From assembly GCA_031372565.1 (NCBI GenBank), contig JANMLN010000054.1, forward strand, positions 55,063 through 119,062: a stretch of 64,000 nt of DNA, read 5' to 3'. The notes under the pieces were generated by a model that was given only the letters and a program-made list of their open reading frames with translations, did no database searches and was not told where the DNA came from. Shown piece after piece: positions 39,937 to 49,481 of this stretch (its first letter is position 1; each line of letters starts with the position of its first letter). The position numbers were made by a program, and so were the translations under genes. Source of the DNA: Gemmatimonadota bacterium. GTDB lineage: Bacteria > Gemmatimonadota > Gemmatimonadetes > Gemmatimonadales > Gemmatimonadaceae.

Positions 39937-41910
39937 CTACTGCTTGCGACAGAGCGGCTTGTTGAAGGCGTTGACCACGGCCATCACGCCCGTCGGGTCG
40001 AAGTCGGCGACCGACGGGATCATCACCTGCCAGTTGAGTTGCCCGTCGTTGTTCGCCTTGGCGAGCGCCGCTGCGGCCTTGTCGAGGGACTCGTCGTTGT
40101 CGAGCATGGCGTTGGCGCGCTGGTTGACCTGGTCGCGCGCCATCTTGACCAGCGCTCCCTTGAGCTGCTCCTTGACCACTTCCTTGGTGACCCTCTTGAT
40201 GGCCGTGCGCGCGGCCGTGCGCGCAGCGGTGATTGCCGGAGCGCCCGCCCCCGCGGTCGCGACCAAGGCGGCAACATTGAGCACCAGGTCCGTGCTCGAC
40301 TCGACCGACTCGAGCACCGATTGCACACACGCGGACTTGGAGACGGCGCACGACGCGCCGCAGTTCACGGGGTAGGGGGCCGCACACTGGTCCCAGCAGA
40401 CGGGGCCGACCCCGTTCATGCCAGGCCTGCACTGGTCGTAGCAGAGTGCGGCGTCGCTATCCTCACCCGGCTTGCACACCATCGGCGATCCGGCGGTGCG
40501 GCCGTAGCTCTCCTTGGCGCAGAAGGCGCCATCATCGCGGAAGCCGGCGGGACAGTCGGGGGTGCAGATGTTCGACCCGAACTCGTGGAAGCCCGGACGG
40601 CACCTCGGGTAGAACATCTCGAGGTTGCGGTCACACATGCCGGCGCCGTGGTCCTTTTCGCAACGGGCCTTGGCCGAGGCCCGCCCTTCGCCCTTGAACG
40701 GGTTGTAGGCGTAGCCGGTACCGCGCCCATAGGGCTTGGGCTTGGTGCATGAGACGCCGGCGTCCGCGAATCCGGCCGGGCAGCGCTTCCAGCACACCGG
40801 CCCCGCGCCGCCGAACCCCTCGCGACACTGCGGATAGCAAAGCGCGCCATCCTGCTCCTGGCCCGCGCCGCAGGTGCTGAGCGGGCGCCCGACGCCGCGG
40901 CCGTAGGTGCGCTTCCAGCAGATGTCGGGTTCGGGGTTGGCGCCGATCATCTGCGCGAGCCGTGGGTCCATCGCCGGCTTCGCGCCTGCCGGAAGCGACA
41001 TCGGGACCGTGGGCGCCGAAGGACGCGGTGCGTTGGCCTGTGCGCTCCGCGCGCGCGCTTCAGCGTCCGCTTGTGCCTGTGCTTGTGCCTGTGCTTGCGC
41101 CTGTGCTTGTGCCTGCGCGCGCGCCTGCGCCTGTGCTGCGGCCTGATTCTGCATGGCCGCCTGATCCTGCGTCGGTGCTGCCGCCGCCACCTGCTCGACG
41201 CGTGCAATCACCTCCCAGTGTGAGCTCCAGGCACCATCGTGAATCGGGCCGCTCACCAGCGGGCCCTGTTCGTTGTGGAGCACCTCGGCCGGTTTCCATC
41301 GATTGCGAATCAGGTAGTACGGCGTGCCGGTCACGCGCTCCAGTGTCCACTGTGCGCTCCACCATCCCTGCGTGATCGGGCCGGCCTGCACCACGCCGTT
41401 CTGGTTGTGGATGTAGAAGTCGCCGCGATAGCGATTCCGGATCTGGTATGCGCTGGTTCCGGGGACGGGCTCGAGGATCCAGTCGGCGCTCCACCACCCG
41501 GGAACGATCGGGCCACTCTGCAGCGCGCCGGTTTCGACGTGCAGGAACTGGTCCGAGCGATAGCGGTTCTTGAACCGGACCAGACGGACGGACGAGGATT
41601 GCGTCGACGCCTGCTGTTGCTCCTGCGCCTGCTCCTGCGCCGCCGCTTCTGCGGCAAGCTGTGCTGGTGCGGCACCGAAAATCCCCGGCGAGTCGTAGCA
41701 CGCCTGGATCAGCGGCTGGCAGCTGAAGTTCGTCGGGCAGGGCATGACGGCGCTGCACGACGCGCCGGCCTGGGCCGCCGACGGACTCGCCGTCGCCAGC
41801 AGGGCCGCGAGCGCCGCGAGCATCGTCATCACGACGCGTCCCGCGACGTGACGCACCGACGCGAGCCACCGACAGGTCGGGCCAAGCGCGCGTGTGCGGC
41901 GTGTCGTCAT
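39937..41910 (-). CDS. Secreted protein: beta-trefoil (ricin-B-like) domain, AQ linker, Cys-rich YGRGxG repeats
   Basis: Signal peptide (start may be 41829); three NR-x-x-x-x-x-x-H...GP...W-S-x-x-W repeats; (AQ)n tract; repeated LCY-x-x-C-R-x-G...GPVCW. Confidence 0.8.
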   Translation of the reverse strand: MTTRRTRALGPTCRWLASVRHVAGRVVMTMLAALAALLATASPSAAQAGASCSAVMPCPTNFSCQPLIQACYDSPGIFGAAPAQLAAEAAAQEQAQEQQQASTQSSSVRLVRFKNRYRSDQFLHVETGALQSGPIVPGWWSADWILEPVPGTSAYQIRNRYRGDFYIHNQNGVVQAGPITQGWWSAQWTLERVTGTPYYLIRNRWKPAEVLHNEQGPLVSGPIHDGAWSSHWEVIARVEQVAAAAPTQDQAAMQNQAAAQAQARAQAQAQAQAQAQAQAQADAEARARSAQANAPRPSAPTVPMSLPAGAKPAMDPRLAQMIGANPEPDICWKRTYGRGVGRPLSTCGAGQEQDGALCYPQCREGFGGAGPVCWKRCPAGFADAGVSCTKPKPYGRGTGYAYNPFKGEGRASAKARCEKDHGAGMCDRNLEMFYPRCRPGFHEFGSNICTPDCPAGFRDDGAFCAKESYGRTAGSPMVCKPGEDSDAALCYDQCRPGMNGVGPVCWDQCAAPYPVNCGASCAVSKSACVQSVLESVESSTDLVLNVAALVATAGAGAPAITAARTAARTAIKRVTKEVVKEQLKGALVKMARDQVNQRANAMLDNDESLDKAAAALAKANNDGQLNWQVMIPSVADFDPTGVMAVVNAFNKPLCRKQ

Positions 41911-41947
41911 GCGGAACTCCAGCAGGGGAGGGAAGCGTGCGGCGCGA

Positions 41948-42706
41948 CTACTTGCGTGCCTGGGCGAGTGCCTTGTCGATGGCCTGCGCGAGCACCGGCA
42001 GCGGTTGCGCGCCTTCCATCATCCGTCCATTGATGAAGAAGGTCGGCGTGCCGCTGATGCCGAGCGTGTTGCCAAGCGCCACCTGTTCCTGCACGAGCGC
42101 GGACTTTGCGCCGCCATCGAGACAGGCGGCAAATCCCTTGCCGTCGAGCTTGACCTGCGTCGCCATCCGGCCGAGCGCGGCCCGGTCGAGCTTCTTTGCC
42201 TTGAACACCTTGTCGTGGTACTCCCAGTAGCGCCCCTGGTCGCCGGCGCACTCGGTGGCTTCCGCGGCCGCGGTGGCCTCGGCGTGCAGCGTGGGCAGCG
42301 GGTAATTCATCACGACATACCGCACGCGGTCGCCGTACTTCGCGAGCAGTGGCTGCAGCGTCAGCTCGAAGTGCTGGCGGCAATACGGGCACTGGAAGTC
42401 GGTGAACTCGACAATGGTGACCGCGGCGTTGGCGGGGCCGTGCGACGGGCGCGACGCCGTCTCGATCACCTTGGGCGCCGTGTCGAGCGGTGCGGCGGCG
42501 GCGGCAACTGGCGCGCCTGCCGCTGGCGCACCGCCCAGCGCGTTGGCGACGGCCCGGTCCACCCAGAACAGGCGCGCGGCCCCGAGTCCGAGCCCGAAGC
42601 CGGCCAGCAGTCCCACCACCCCATACACCATCGAGCGCCGGACCCGGAACGTCACCAGCCCTTCGTCGTGTTGTTCGGTGACGGGTGCTGCAGGCTCACT
42701 GATCAA
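41948..42706 (-). CDS. Membrane-anchored DsbA-family thioredoxin-fold protein
   Basis: EFTDFQCPYC, GISGTPTFFING; N-terminal TM helix; start uncertain (TTG chosen). Confidence 0.88.
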   Translation of the reverse strand: MISEPAAPVTEQHDEGLVTFRVRRSMVYGVVGLLAGFGLGLGAARLFWVDRAVANALGGAPAAGAPVAAAAAPLDTAPKVIETASRPSHGPANAAVTIVEFTDFQCPYCRQHFELTLQPLLAKYGDRVRYVVMNYPLPTLHAEATAAAEATECAGDQGRYWEYHDKVFKAKKLDRAALGRMATQVKLDGKGFAACLDGGAKSALVQEQVALGNTLGISGTPTFFINGRMMEGAQPLPVLAQAIDKALAQARK

Positions 42707-42862
42707 CGCGTGGTGTCTCGGAATGGGGAAGAACTGACAGGGCGAAGGTGCCCCCGCACTGACAGTAAGGCAAGGTCGCCTGCTGCTGTCGCAGGCCGGC
42801 AGCCTGCGGGATTCACGACGATCCGCGTGCATGCGCCACGCCGAGCGTCGGTCAGCGCCCCC

Positions 42863-45529
42863 TCACGGATGCGTCCGCAGGAACCGCTCCCGCCAGTTGG
42901 CCACCAGCTCGAAGGCCAACTGCTGGGTTGCCGACCCCTTCACCATGGCAAAGCGCTGACCATCGGGACTCGCGTCCCAGGTCGGCTGGAACCCGGAATA
43001 GATGTACGCCCCGGCGAACAGCGGCTGCGGCATTGGCACCGTGGGTGCCGCACCCAGCTGCGGCTTCGTGACGAACACCGTGTCACGCCAGCGGAAAAAC
43101 AGCTCGCCATTCCGGGCCCAGCGGGGCTCGATGCCGCCCGCGCGCGACACCGGCCAACGCGGCCCGTTGTCCCCCAACTGCGAGAGGTACACTTGGTCCT
43201 CCCCCGTCTCGCTCGACACGTACGCATACCATGCGCCGTCGGGGGAGAGCGCCAGGCCGCGTTCGTCGTTCTTCGTGGTGCGGAGCGGCACGACCGGCGC
43301 ACCCACGCGCGCCTCCGCCATGAGGATGTCGCGCGAATTACCGGACACGTCCTCGCGCCAGAGCAGGCGCGACAGGTCGCGGGGCACCTGCAGTTCGTAG
43401 ATGTTGCGCGGCCGCCGCAGCAGGGTGGCCGTGTCGGCGCCGCCGTCCACCGGTACGCGCACCACGCGGACGCCGCCGCCCGCGGAGTCATTGCGCGCCA
43501 TGATCAGCGAGCGGCCGTCGGCGGTCCACTCCACGGCGCGGTTGGGCAGGTCCTGCGTCACGCGGACGCGTTGGCGCGATGCCACGCTGGCCACGAACAC
43601 GTCGCCGCCGACCGTCGCCCGGTTGGCCTCCGCGAAGGCCACGCGCTGACCATCGGGCGAGAAGCGGGGCTCCAGGTACTCGCGGCGCTCGGGGAGGAGC
43701 GCCTCCGCCTTTCCGCGGCGATCCACCAGCACGAGCTCCCGTGCCTCGGCGCCGTCGGCGCGGCGGACGACTATCAGCCCGGTGCGCGATGCGGCGAAGT
43801 AGACGACGCGACCGTTGCCCTCGTCCGAAATGATGGCCTCAGGGGATCCTCGAAGTGCGAGCGTGGCAGAATCCACTCGCTGCGCAAAGACGGTGCCGTC
43901 GCGCAGGAACAGCAGAATCCCGCCGCTCACGTACCGCACGTTCCCTGCTCGAAGGCCGAGGGGCCGAGCCGTGCCATCGCGAAGGTCCAGCACCTCGACC
44001 TCGCGAGCCCCGGCGTTGTCATCGGCGCGAATGACGATCACGCGATGGGCGTCCATGGGAGCGATACCTCGCACCCGCCCGGCACCGGACACGACCGGCA
44101 CGACGGTGTCCACGACCGGTGCGTCGGTCGAGCGAAGGCGAAACCGCATGAGGCCGGATCCGCTCGCCTGGACCAGCGTCGAGTCATCCACCCACGCCAG
44201 AACTCCGGTGGCGCGAGCGATGACGCGCACGGCGCCCCCATCCAGAGGGATCAGCTCGGTCGCGCCGTCACCGAAATTGTAGGCGGCGGCCACCTTGCCA
44301 TTCGGCGAGATCCCGCCAAGGATCACCGACTTGTTCCGGAGGCGGCTGGTACGTCCGGTGGCAAAATCCATTACCCAGAGCCCCGGGGCACCAACGCTGT
44401 CGACCGCCAAGTAACCGAACAGGCGGCCGTCGGGACTCAAGGTGCCTGGAAAGGTGAGGCTGAGCTGTGAGCCCCGCTGGTTGGTGAGCATCCGCACGCG
44501 CAACTCGGATGCTTCGGCAAGCGGTGCATTGCGCTGCCCAACCCACCAACCCGCTCCGGCGGCCAGCAGCCCCACCACGCCAGCCACCGTCGCCATACGC
44601 GCGACGCTGCCTCGCCCGCGCTGACGCGCCGCGGCCGACGCCCCCGACATCGTCATGGGCGCACCCGGGCCCTGCGCGAGCGCGGTCGAGAACTCGGCCG
44701 CGGTGGCAAAGCGGTCGGCCGGCAACTTGGCCAGCGCCGTGAGCACCGCCTCCTCGATCCCCGGCGGAATCGTCTTCCGCATGAGGGTGGGCCGCTCAGG
44801 CTCGGCGCTCAGCACCTTGGCCACCACCGCCTGCACGGTGGCGCCCGTGAACGGTGGCTCACCGGTGAGCATCTCGTATGTCATTGCGCCGAGCGCGTAG
44901 ATGTCGCTGCGCGCATCGATCGTGCGCTCGCCCATCGCCTGCTCGGGGCTCATGTACTGCGGCGTGCCGAGGCTCAGGCCGGTCTGCGTCATCCGCTGCC
45001 CGCCGGCCGATTGCACCGCGAGGGCGATGCCGAAGTCGGCGACCAACGCGCTGCCGTCATGCAGCAGCACGTTCTCCGGCTTGATGTCGCGGTGGATCAC
45101 CCCTTGGCGGTGCGCGTAGTCCAGTGCGCTCGCCACTTCGCGCGCGATGCGGACGGCATCGGGGATGGGGAGCTGCTTCTCGCGCTCGAGCCGCGCGCGC
45201 AGCGTTTCGCCCGTGACCACCGGCATGACGTAGTAGAGCTGGCCCGCCGCGTCGCCCGAATCGAGCAGCGGCAGGATGTGCGGGTGCTGGAGCCGCGCGG
45301 TGGTGCGGATCTCGGTGAGAAACCGCTCGCCGCCGAGGGCCGCGCCAAGGTCTGGGTGCAGCACCTTGATGGCGACGTCGCGGTCGTGCTTGAGGTCGTG
45401 AGCGAGGTACACGGTGGCCATGCCGCCTTGGCCGAGCTCGCGGTCCATTCGGTACCGATCCGCCAGCGCCCCCGCCAGTCCGTTGTCACTCCGAGCGAAG
45501 CGAGGGGCCTGCGCTTCGTCGTCCATCAC
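42863..45529 (-). CDS. Ser/Thr protein kinase with TM helix and TolB/PD40-like beta-propeller
   Basis: GQGGMATV, VAIK, HRDIKPEN, DFG, YMSPE; SPDG repeats. Confidence 0.94.
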   Translation of the reverse strand: MMDDEAQAPRFARSDNGLAGALADRYRMDRELGQGGMATVYLAHDLKHDRDVAIKVLHPDLGAALGGERFLTEIRTTARLQHPHILPLLDSGDAAGQLYYVMPVVTGETLRARLEREKQLPIPDAVRIAREVASALDYAHRQGVIHRDIKPENVLLHDGSALVADFGIALAVQSAGGQRMTQTGLSLGTPQYMSPEQAMGERTIDARSDIYALGAMTYEMLTGEPPFTGATVQAVVAKVLSAEPERPTLMRKTIPPGIEEAVLTALAKLPADRFATAAEFSTALAQGPGAPMTMSGASAAARQRGRGSVARMATVAGVVGLLAAGAGWWVGQRNAPLAEASELRVRMLTNQRGSQLSLTFPGTLSPDGRLFGYLAVDSVGAPGLWVMDFATGRTSRLRNKSVILGGISPNGKVAAAYNFGDGATELIPLDGGAVRVIARATGVLAWVDDSTLVQASGSGLMRFRLRSTDAPVVDTVVPVVSGAGRVRGIAPMDAHRVIVIRADDNAGAREVEVLDLRDGTARPLGLRAGNVRYVSGGILLFLRDGTVFAQRVDSATLALRGSPEAIISDEGNGRVVYFAASRTGLIVVRRADGAEARELVLVDRRGKAEALLPERREYLEPRFSPDGQRVAFAEANRATVGGDVFVASVASRQRVRVTQDLPNRAVEWTADGRSLIMARNDSAGGGVRVVRVPVDGGADTATLLRRPRNIYELQVPRDLSRLLWREDVSGNSRDILMAEARVGAPVVPLRTTKNDERGLALSPDGAWYAYVSSETGEDQVYLSQLGDNGPRWPVSRAGGIEPRWARNGELFFRWRDTVFVTKPQLGAAPTVPMPQPLFAGAYIYSGFQPTWDASPDGQRFAMVKGSATQQLAFELVANWRERFLRTHP
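45482..45509. repeat. REP-like short element inside the kinase 5' end
   Basis: gttgtcactccgagcgaagcgaggggcc; 21/28 identical to 49258-49285. Confidence 0.5.
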
Positions 45530-46323
45530 GCCGCCCCCTGATCGTTCCCGCTCACTCCCCGTCGCGCCGCATGGCGCAACGCCTCAAGCTCCCTCCGTAG
45601 CGGCGCCCAGTACTCGCGGTCCGCCGCCATCTCGTCCGCTTGCTCGGCCGCCAGCGCCTCCATCACGTCGCCGTCGTTGCGTGCCGCGACGACCGCCCGC
45701 CGGTCCACTCGCGCGGCGGTGTCCGGAAAACGCGCCACCGCCTCGATCAGAAACTCCGGCGACCGCAACTCCCGCAACCAGAACTCGACCTGCGCGGGCG
45801 TCGGCTCCGCCTCGCGCGCGCTCGCGTACGACGCGTCCACCAGCCGCCGCAACATCGGCCAGTCCTTGTCGCGCTGCGTCTTCTTGGCGGCCACCAGGTC
45901 GGTCAACGAGAGCAGGTCCACCAGCACGTCGGTGAGCGACGCTGGCTCCTCGAGCGCAATCGTCGTACGCCGCTCCCACAGCCTCTCGAACGGCGCCACG
46001 CCGCGCATCCGGCTCATGATGTCCACGCGCAGGGGCGCGGGCGCGTCGGCCCCCGTTCCAGCCGGCACGCTGAAGTGCACTGCGTGGCCGCGCTCCAGGT
46101 ACTGCGCCTCGAACGTCGGCACGGCAATCACGGTGGCGTCGAGCGAGGCGAGCGCCGCTCGCAGCCTCGGCAGCGCCTCGTCGGTCGCGAGGACGGCGAG
46201 GTCCAGGTCGCGGCTATACTCCGCTGCGCCGTACAACACGCACGCCTGCCCCCCCATCAACAGGGCGCGGACGTCGAACTGACGGATCGTGGAAAGGACT
46301 CGAAGGATCTGGATCGGGATCAC
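45526..46323 (-). CDS. Putative nucleotidyltransferase (TA-associated, DUF6036/AbiEii-like)
   Basis: LMGGQACVLYG..EYSRDLD, RVDIM, DLVAAKKTQRDKD; GTG start. Confidence 0.75.
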   Translation of the reverse strand: MIPIQILRVLSTIRQFDVRALLMGGQACVLYGAAEYSRDLDLAVLATDEALPRLRAALASLDATVIAVPTFEAQYLERGHAVHFSVPAGTGADAPAPLRVDIMSRMRGVAPFERLWERRTTIALEEPASLTDVLVDLLSLTDLVAAKKTQRDKDWPMLRRLVDASYASAREAEPTPAQVEFWLRELRSPEFLIEAVARFPDTAARVDRRAVVAARNDGDVMEALAAEQADEMAADREYWAPLRRELEALRHAARRGVSGNDQGAA

Positions 46324-46471
46324 TCGTGCCTCCGAGGGCGTGGTACCAGGCGGCCAACCGCACCATCTCCTTCCATCGCTGCGGCGGCGTGAGGCGCATC
46401 CAGTCGGCCGTCTCCTCGCCGTAGAGCGCCTCAAGGGTGACCCGTGGCGGCACCGCGCGGCGTTCACTCAT
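46214..46471 (-). CDS. Small protein upstream of the NTase (putative antitoxin/partner)
   Basis: 85 aa, WMRLTPPQRW; overlaps the NTase 5' end. Confidence 0.55.
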   Translation of the reverse strand: MSERRAVPPRVTLEALYGEETADWMRLTPPQRWKEMVRLAAWYHALGGTSDPDPDPSSPFHDPSVRRPRPVDGGAGVRVVRRSGV

Positions 46472-46625
46472 GGCGAGGAAGATACGCGTCCGCGATCGCC
46501 ACGTCGCGGTCGTGCTTGAGATCGTGGGCGAGGTACACGGTCGCCATGCCGCCGATCTCAAGCTCGCGCTCGACGCGGTAGCGGCCTGACAGCGCGTTGC
46601 CGAGGCGAGTGAACGTCTCGCTCAT
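46464..46625 (-). pseudogene. Truncated Ser/Thr kinase N-terminal stub 1
   Basis: [44 protein letters not shown], then homology is lost. Confidence 0.85.
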
Positions 46626-47797
46626 CGTTGGCCCAGCCGATTCACCAGTTCGGGGAGCGAGACGGCCGTCACCCCATCGCCCATTGGCCAGCTCGCATCG
46701 CCACCATGCACCACGTACGCCGCACGTGCGCGCAGGTCCTCGCACGCAATGCGGAACCCCTTCGACACGACCGGCGCGCTGGAGCGCTTGATCTCGACCA
46801 CCGTCTCCACCCGCCCCCCCCGTTCGAGCACCAGGTCCGCCTCGGCCCCCTTCTCCGTGCGAAAGTACATCGCGGTGCGCTCGGGGCCAGCCGCCGCGAT
46901 CAACTGCTCGAGCACGAACCCCTCCCAGCTCGCGCCCGCGACCGGATGCCCGAGAAGCTCGTCGAGCGACCCAAGGCCGAGCAGGGCGTGCAGGAGGCCG
47001 CTGTCGCGCAGGTACACCTTGGGCGCGCGCACCAGGCGCTTGCCGAGGTTCCCGCTCCACGGCGGGAGGCGGCGCACGAGCAGCAGGTCGGCCAGGAGGT
47101 CCACGTAGCGACTCACGGCTGGCGCCGACACCTCGAGACTGGCGGCGAGCCGCGCCTTGTTGAGCGGCGTCCCGTGCGCGTGCGCCAGCATCCCCCACAA
47201 GCGGCCCACCATGGCGGGGGGAAGGCGCGGGGCGAACATGGGCACGTCGCGTTCGAGGTAGCTCCGCACGAAGTCGAGCCGCCACGCGAGACTCTCGGCG
47301 CCGCTCCGCGCCAGCAGGCTCTCGGGAAAGCCGCCGCGCACCCACAGCCGCTCAGGCGTCCGTCCGCGCGCCGGCAACTCGGCGGCGAGGACGGGGGTGA
47401 GTTCGAGGTACGCGACGCGCCCGGCCAGCGACTCCCCCACTTGCTGCTGCAGGTCGAGCGAGGCGGAGCCGAGCAGCAGGAAGTGTCCTGTCTTCTCGCC
47501 CGCAGCCCGTCGGTCGTCGATGATGCCGCGCAGCAGCTCGAACACACCGGGGAGCCGGTGAATCTCGTCGAGGATGACGAGCTTGCCGGCCTGCGCCCGC
47601 AGGTAGGCGTCCGCATCGTCGAGGCGCCGCCGGTCCGCCTCGCGCTCGAGGTCGAGATAGAGCGCCCGGTCGCCGCGCTCGCGGGCGATCGTGCGAGCGA
47701 GCGTCGTCTTGCCCACCTGGCGGGGACCCAGCAGGACGACGGCGGGCATGGCCCGCAGGCGGTCGCGGACGCGGGCGGCGAGGGAGCGCTCGATCAT
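46622..47797 (-). CDS. AAA_14 ATPase with DUF4143
   Basis: GPRQVGKT, ILDEIH, LLGSAS, RGGFP, PKVYLRDSG, WEGFV, EADLV..EIK. Confidence 0.92.
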   Translation of the reverse strand: MIERSLAARVRDRLRAMPAVVLLGPRQVGKTTLARTIARERGDRALYLDLEREADRRRLDDADAYLRAQAGKLVILDEIHRLPGVFELLRGIIDDRRAAGEKTGHFLLLGSASLDLQQQVGESLAGRVAYLELTPVLAAELPARGRTPERLWVRGGFPESLLARSGAESLAWRLDFVRSYLERDVPMFAPRLPPAMVGRLWGMLAHAHGTPLNKARLAASLEVSAPAVSRYVDLLADLLLVRRLPPWSGNLGKRLVRAPKVYLRDSGLLHALLGLGSLDELLGHPVAGASWEGFVLEQLIAAAGPERTAMYFRTEKGAEADLVLERGGRVETVVEIKRSSAPVVSKGFRIACEDLRARAAYVVHGGDASWPMGDGVTAVSLPELVNRLGQR

Positions 47798-47800
47798 GCT

Positions 47801-47831
47801 CGTAAATGTAACGTCAGACGTATGATTTACG
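47801..47831. promoter_or_regulatory. Palindromic operator-like site upstream of the AAA ATPase
   Basis: cgtaaat-gta-acgtc-a-gacgt-atg-atttacg, directly upstream of ATG 47797. Confidence 0.55.
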
Positions 47832-48035
47832 CCATACCGCAGCCGCGCCGCCGGGGAGATCCCGCCCCGCAATGCAACTCAGCCACGAGGGCTCGCTGTC
47901 GAGCACCCATCAGGAATGGCGTTCATCTCGCCGCGGCGTAAAGGTGACGTGGGCACATGCTCGGCGAAGGATCGACGCCGGAGTCCAGCGCGCCACTACG
48001 TGCCAGCAGGGGACGAATGACGAGCCGTTGCCGGC

Positions 48036-48572
48036 TCACGTACTCCGCCGCGTGCGACGTCGCGCGGCAGGGCTGCGGGATGCTGGCGTCGGCGTGTCAG
48101 GCAGGGGCAGCAACTTCAGGTCCGCCTTGTCCTTCCGGCGGCCGGTGGCCGCCTTGTTCTGCCGCAGCTCGGCCAAGCCAATGAGCCGAAGCGGCAGCGT
48201 ATCGATGTGCACGACGACGGACCCCGCCCACACCGCGTCGAAATCGACACCCGAAATATCCCCGAGCAGGTCGATGCGTCGCGGCGGCGATCCAAACATG
48301 GCCACGGTGTCGGGCTGCAAGAGTGCCTCTGCGTCGATGACGATGGACGGAGCGCCGAAATCGGTGAGCGCCTGACAGAGCCGAGTCACGTTGCCTCGAG
48401 TACGTCGATAGAGAAAGTCGATGTCCGCGGTTGCGCGCACCACGCCATACGCACCGACGGCGTATCCGCCGACCAGCACGAAGTCGACCCGCCGTGCATT
48501 CAGCGCCACGATGAAATCGCGAAAGTCCGGATTGAGCGCATCGTTGGCATGACCCCCAGGCTCCGCCCTCAT
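48036..48572 (-). CDS. Putative nucleotidyltransferase (DUF6036-like)
   Basis: LVGGYAVGAYG..RATADID, RIDLL, NKAATGRRKDKADL. Confidence 0.8.
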   Translation of the reverse strand: MRAEPGGHANDALNPDFRDFIVALNARRVDFVLVGGYAVGAYGVVRATADIDFLYRRTRGNVTRLCQALTDFGAPSIVIDAEALLQPDTVAMFGSPPRRIDLLGDISGVDFDAVWAGSVVVHIDTLPLRLIGLAELRQNKAATGRRKDKADLKLLPLPDTPTPASRSPAARRRTRRST

Positions 48573-49081
48573 TCCGACGACGCGGGGGCTGCCGGCTTCC
48601 CGTTCTTTCGCGTCGTCGTCGCCGCGCGGCCACCACCGGCACCCGTTGCCTGCCTGGCGCTCTGGAGGCCACGCGAGAGCGCATGCACCAGCTTGGAGGC
48701 TTGCGACACCGCCGACAGCCGTGCGGCGATTGCCGCAGGCGGGCGTGGTGGATGCATCGCCGAGCGCGTGCGGATCGATCCCACCCAGGTCGCCTTGCGT
48801 GCCATGCTCCGCTCGGCACTCTCCCGCCGAGCGGTCTCCGCAGCCCGCGACCGCGGGGTGCCGGGCCTGCGAGCGTCGGCGGCAGCGCGTGGAGTGAGTG
48901 TGACGCCGACGACGTGCAGCAGTTGTAGCGCCGTCTCAAGCGAGACATTTGGACGAGCACCACGCTCCAGTTCCGCCACGAGACGAACGCTGACTCCACC
49001 CTTGGCAGCCAGCGCCGCTCGACTGAGACCCTGAGCAATTCGCGCCCTCCGAAGCACCACGCCCACGGTTGAGGACAGCAT
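48569..49081 (-). CDS. XRE-family HTH protein (putative antitoxin)
   Basis: LRRARIAQGLSRAALAAKGGVSVRLVAELERG; 4-bp overlap with the NTase. Confidence 0.8.
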   Translation of the reverse strand: MLSSTVGVVLRRARIAQGLSRAALAAKGGVSVRLVAELERGARPNVSLETALQLLHVVGVTLTPRAAADARRPGTPRSRAAETARRESAERSMARKATWVGSIRTRSAMHPPRPPAAIAARLSAVSQASKLVHALSRGLQSARQATGAGGGRAATTTRKNGKPAAPASSE

Positions 49082-49107
49082 CGGGTTTCCGGGCCAGAGT
49101 CCGAAAA

Positions 49108-49136
49108 AAGCTAGTAACCCTGACGAAAAGAATCAA
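49108..49136 (-). promoter_or_regulatory. Sigma70-like promoter for the XRE-NTase pair
   Basis: TTGATT-17 nt-TAGCTT on the minus strand. Confidence 0.45.
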
Positions 49137-49165
49137 CCCCTTTATGTACTATCGTATGCTCCGAT

Positions 49166-49258
49166 GCGCAGCGTCACGGTCGAGTCGGCGAGCGCATTCG
49201 TGAAGCGCACCGCGATCGTCGTGCCTTCGCGCACGCGGATGAGCGGCCCCGGCACCTG
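49166..49258 (-). pseudogene. Multicopper oxidase N-terminal domain fragment
   Basis: Reads QVPGPLIRVREGTTIAVRFTNALADSTVTLR; no start codon and no continuation. Confidence 0.65.
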
Positions 49259-49285
49259 TTGTCGTCCTGAGCAAAGCGAAGGTCC
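49258..49285. repeat. REP-like short element
   Basis: gttgtcgtcctgagcaaagcgaaggtcc, between kinase stub 2 and the oxidase fragment. Confidence 0.5.
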
Positions 49286-49289
49286 CGCT

Positions 49290-49481
49290 TCACCGCTTCA
49301 TCACGCACGTCGCCCCCACCGACTCGGCCAGATCGGCCCTCGTGACCTTGATCGCCACGTCGCGGTCGTGCTTGAGGTCGTGCGCGAGGTAGACGGTGGC
49401 CATGCCACCGGCGCCCAGCTCGCGGTCAATGCGGTACCGATCGTCGAGGGCGGCGGAGAGGCGGGCGACGGCGTCGTTCAT
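49290..49481 (-). pseudogene. Truncated Ser/Thr kinase N-terminal stub 2
   Basis: [56 protein letters not shown], stop shortly after. Confidence 0.88.

Noticed and set aside
41066..41140. Tandem gcttgt/gcctgt repeats resembling a VNTR or CRISPR
   Set aside because: They encode the (AQ)n linker of the secreted protein; no spacers or cas genes
47880..47930. Minus-strand MNAIPDGCSTA as a possible third degenerate kinase stub
   Set aside because: Too short and divergent; lacks the RY..ELG.GGMA core
45368..49406. Kinase repeats as a diversity-generating retroelement TR/VR pair
   Set aside because: No reverse transcriptase in the window; differences are synonymous, not adenine-specific
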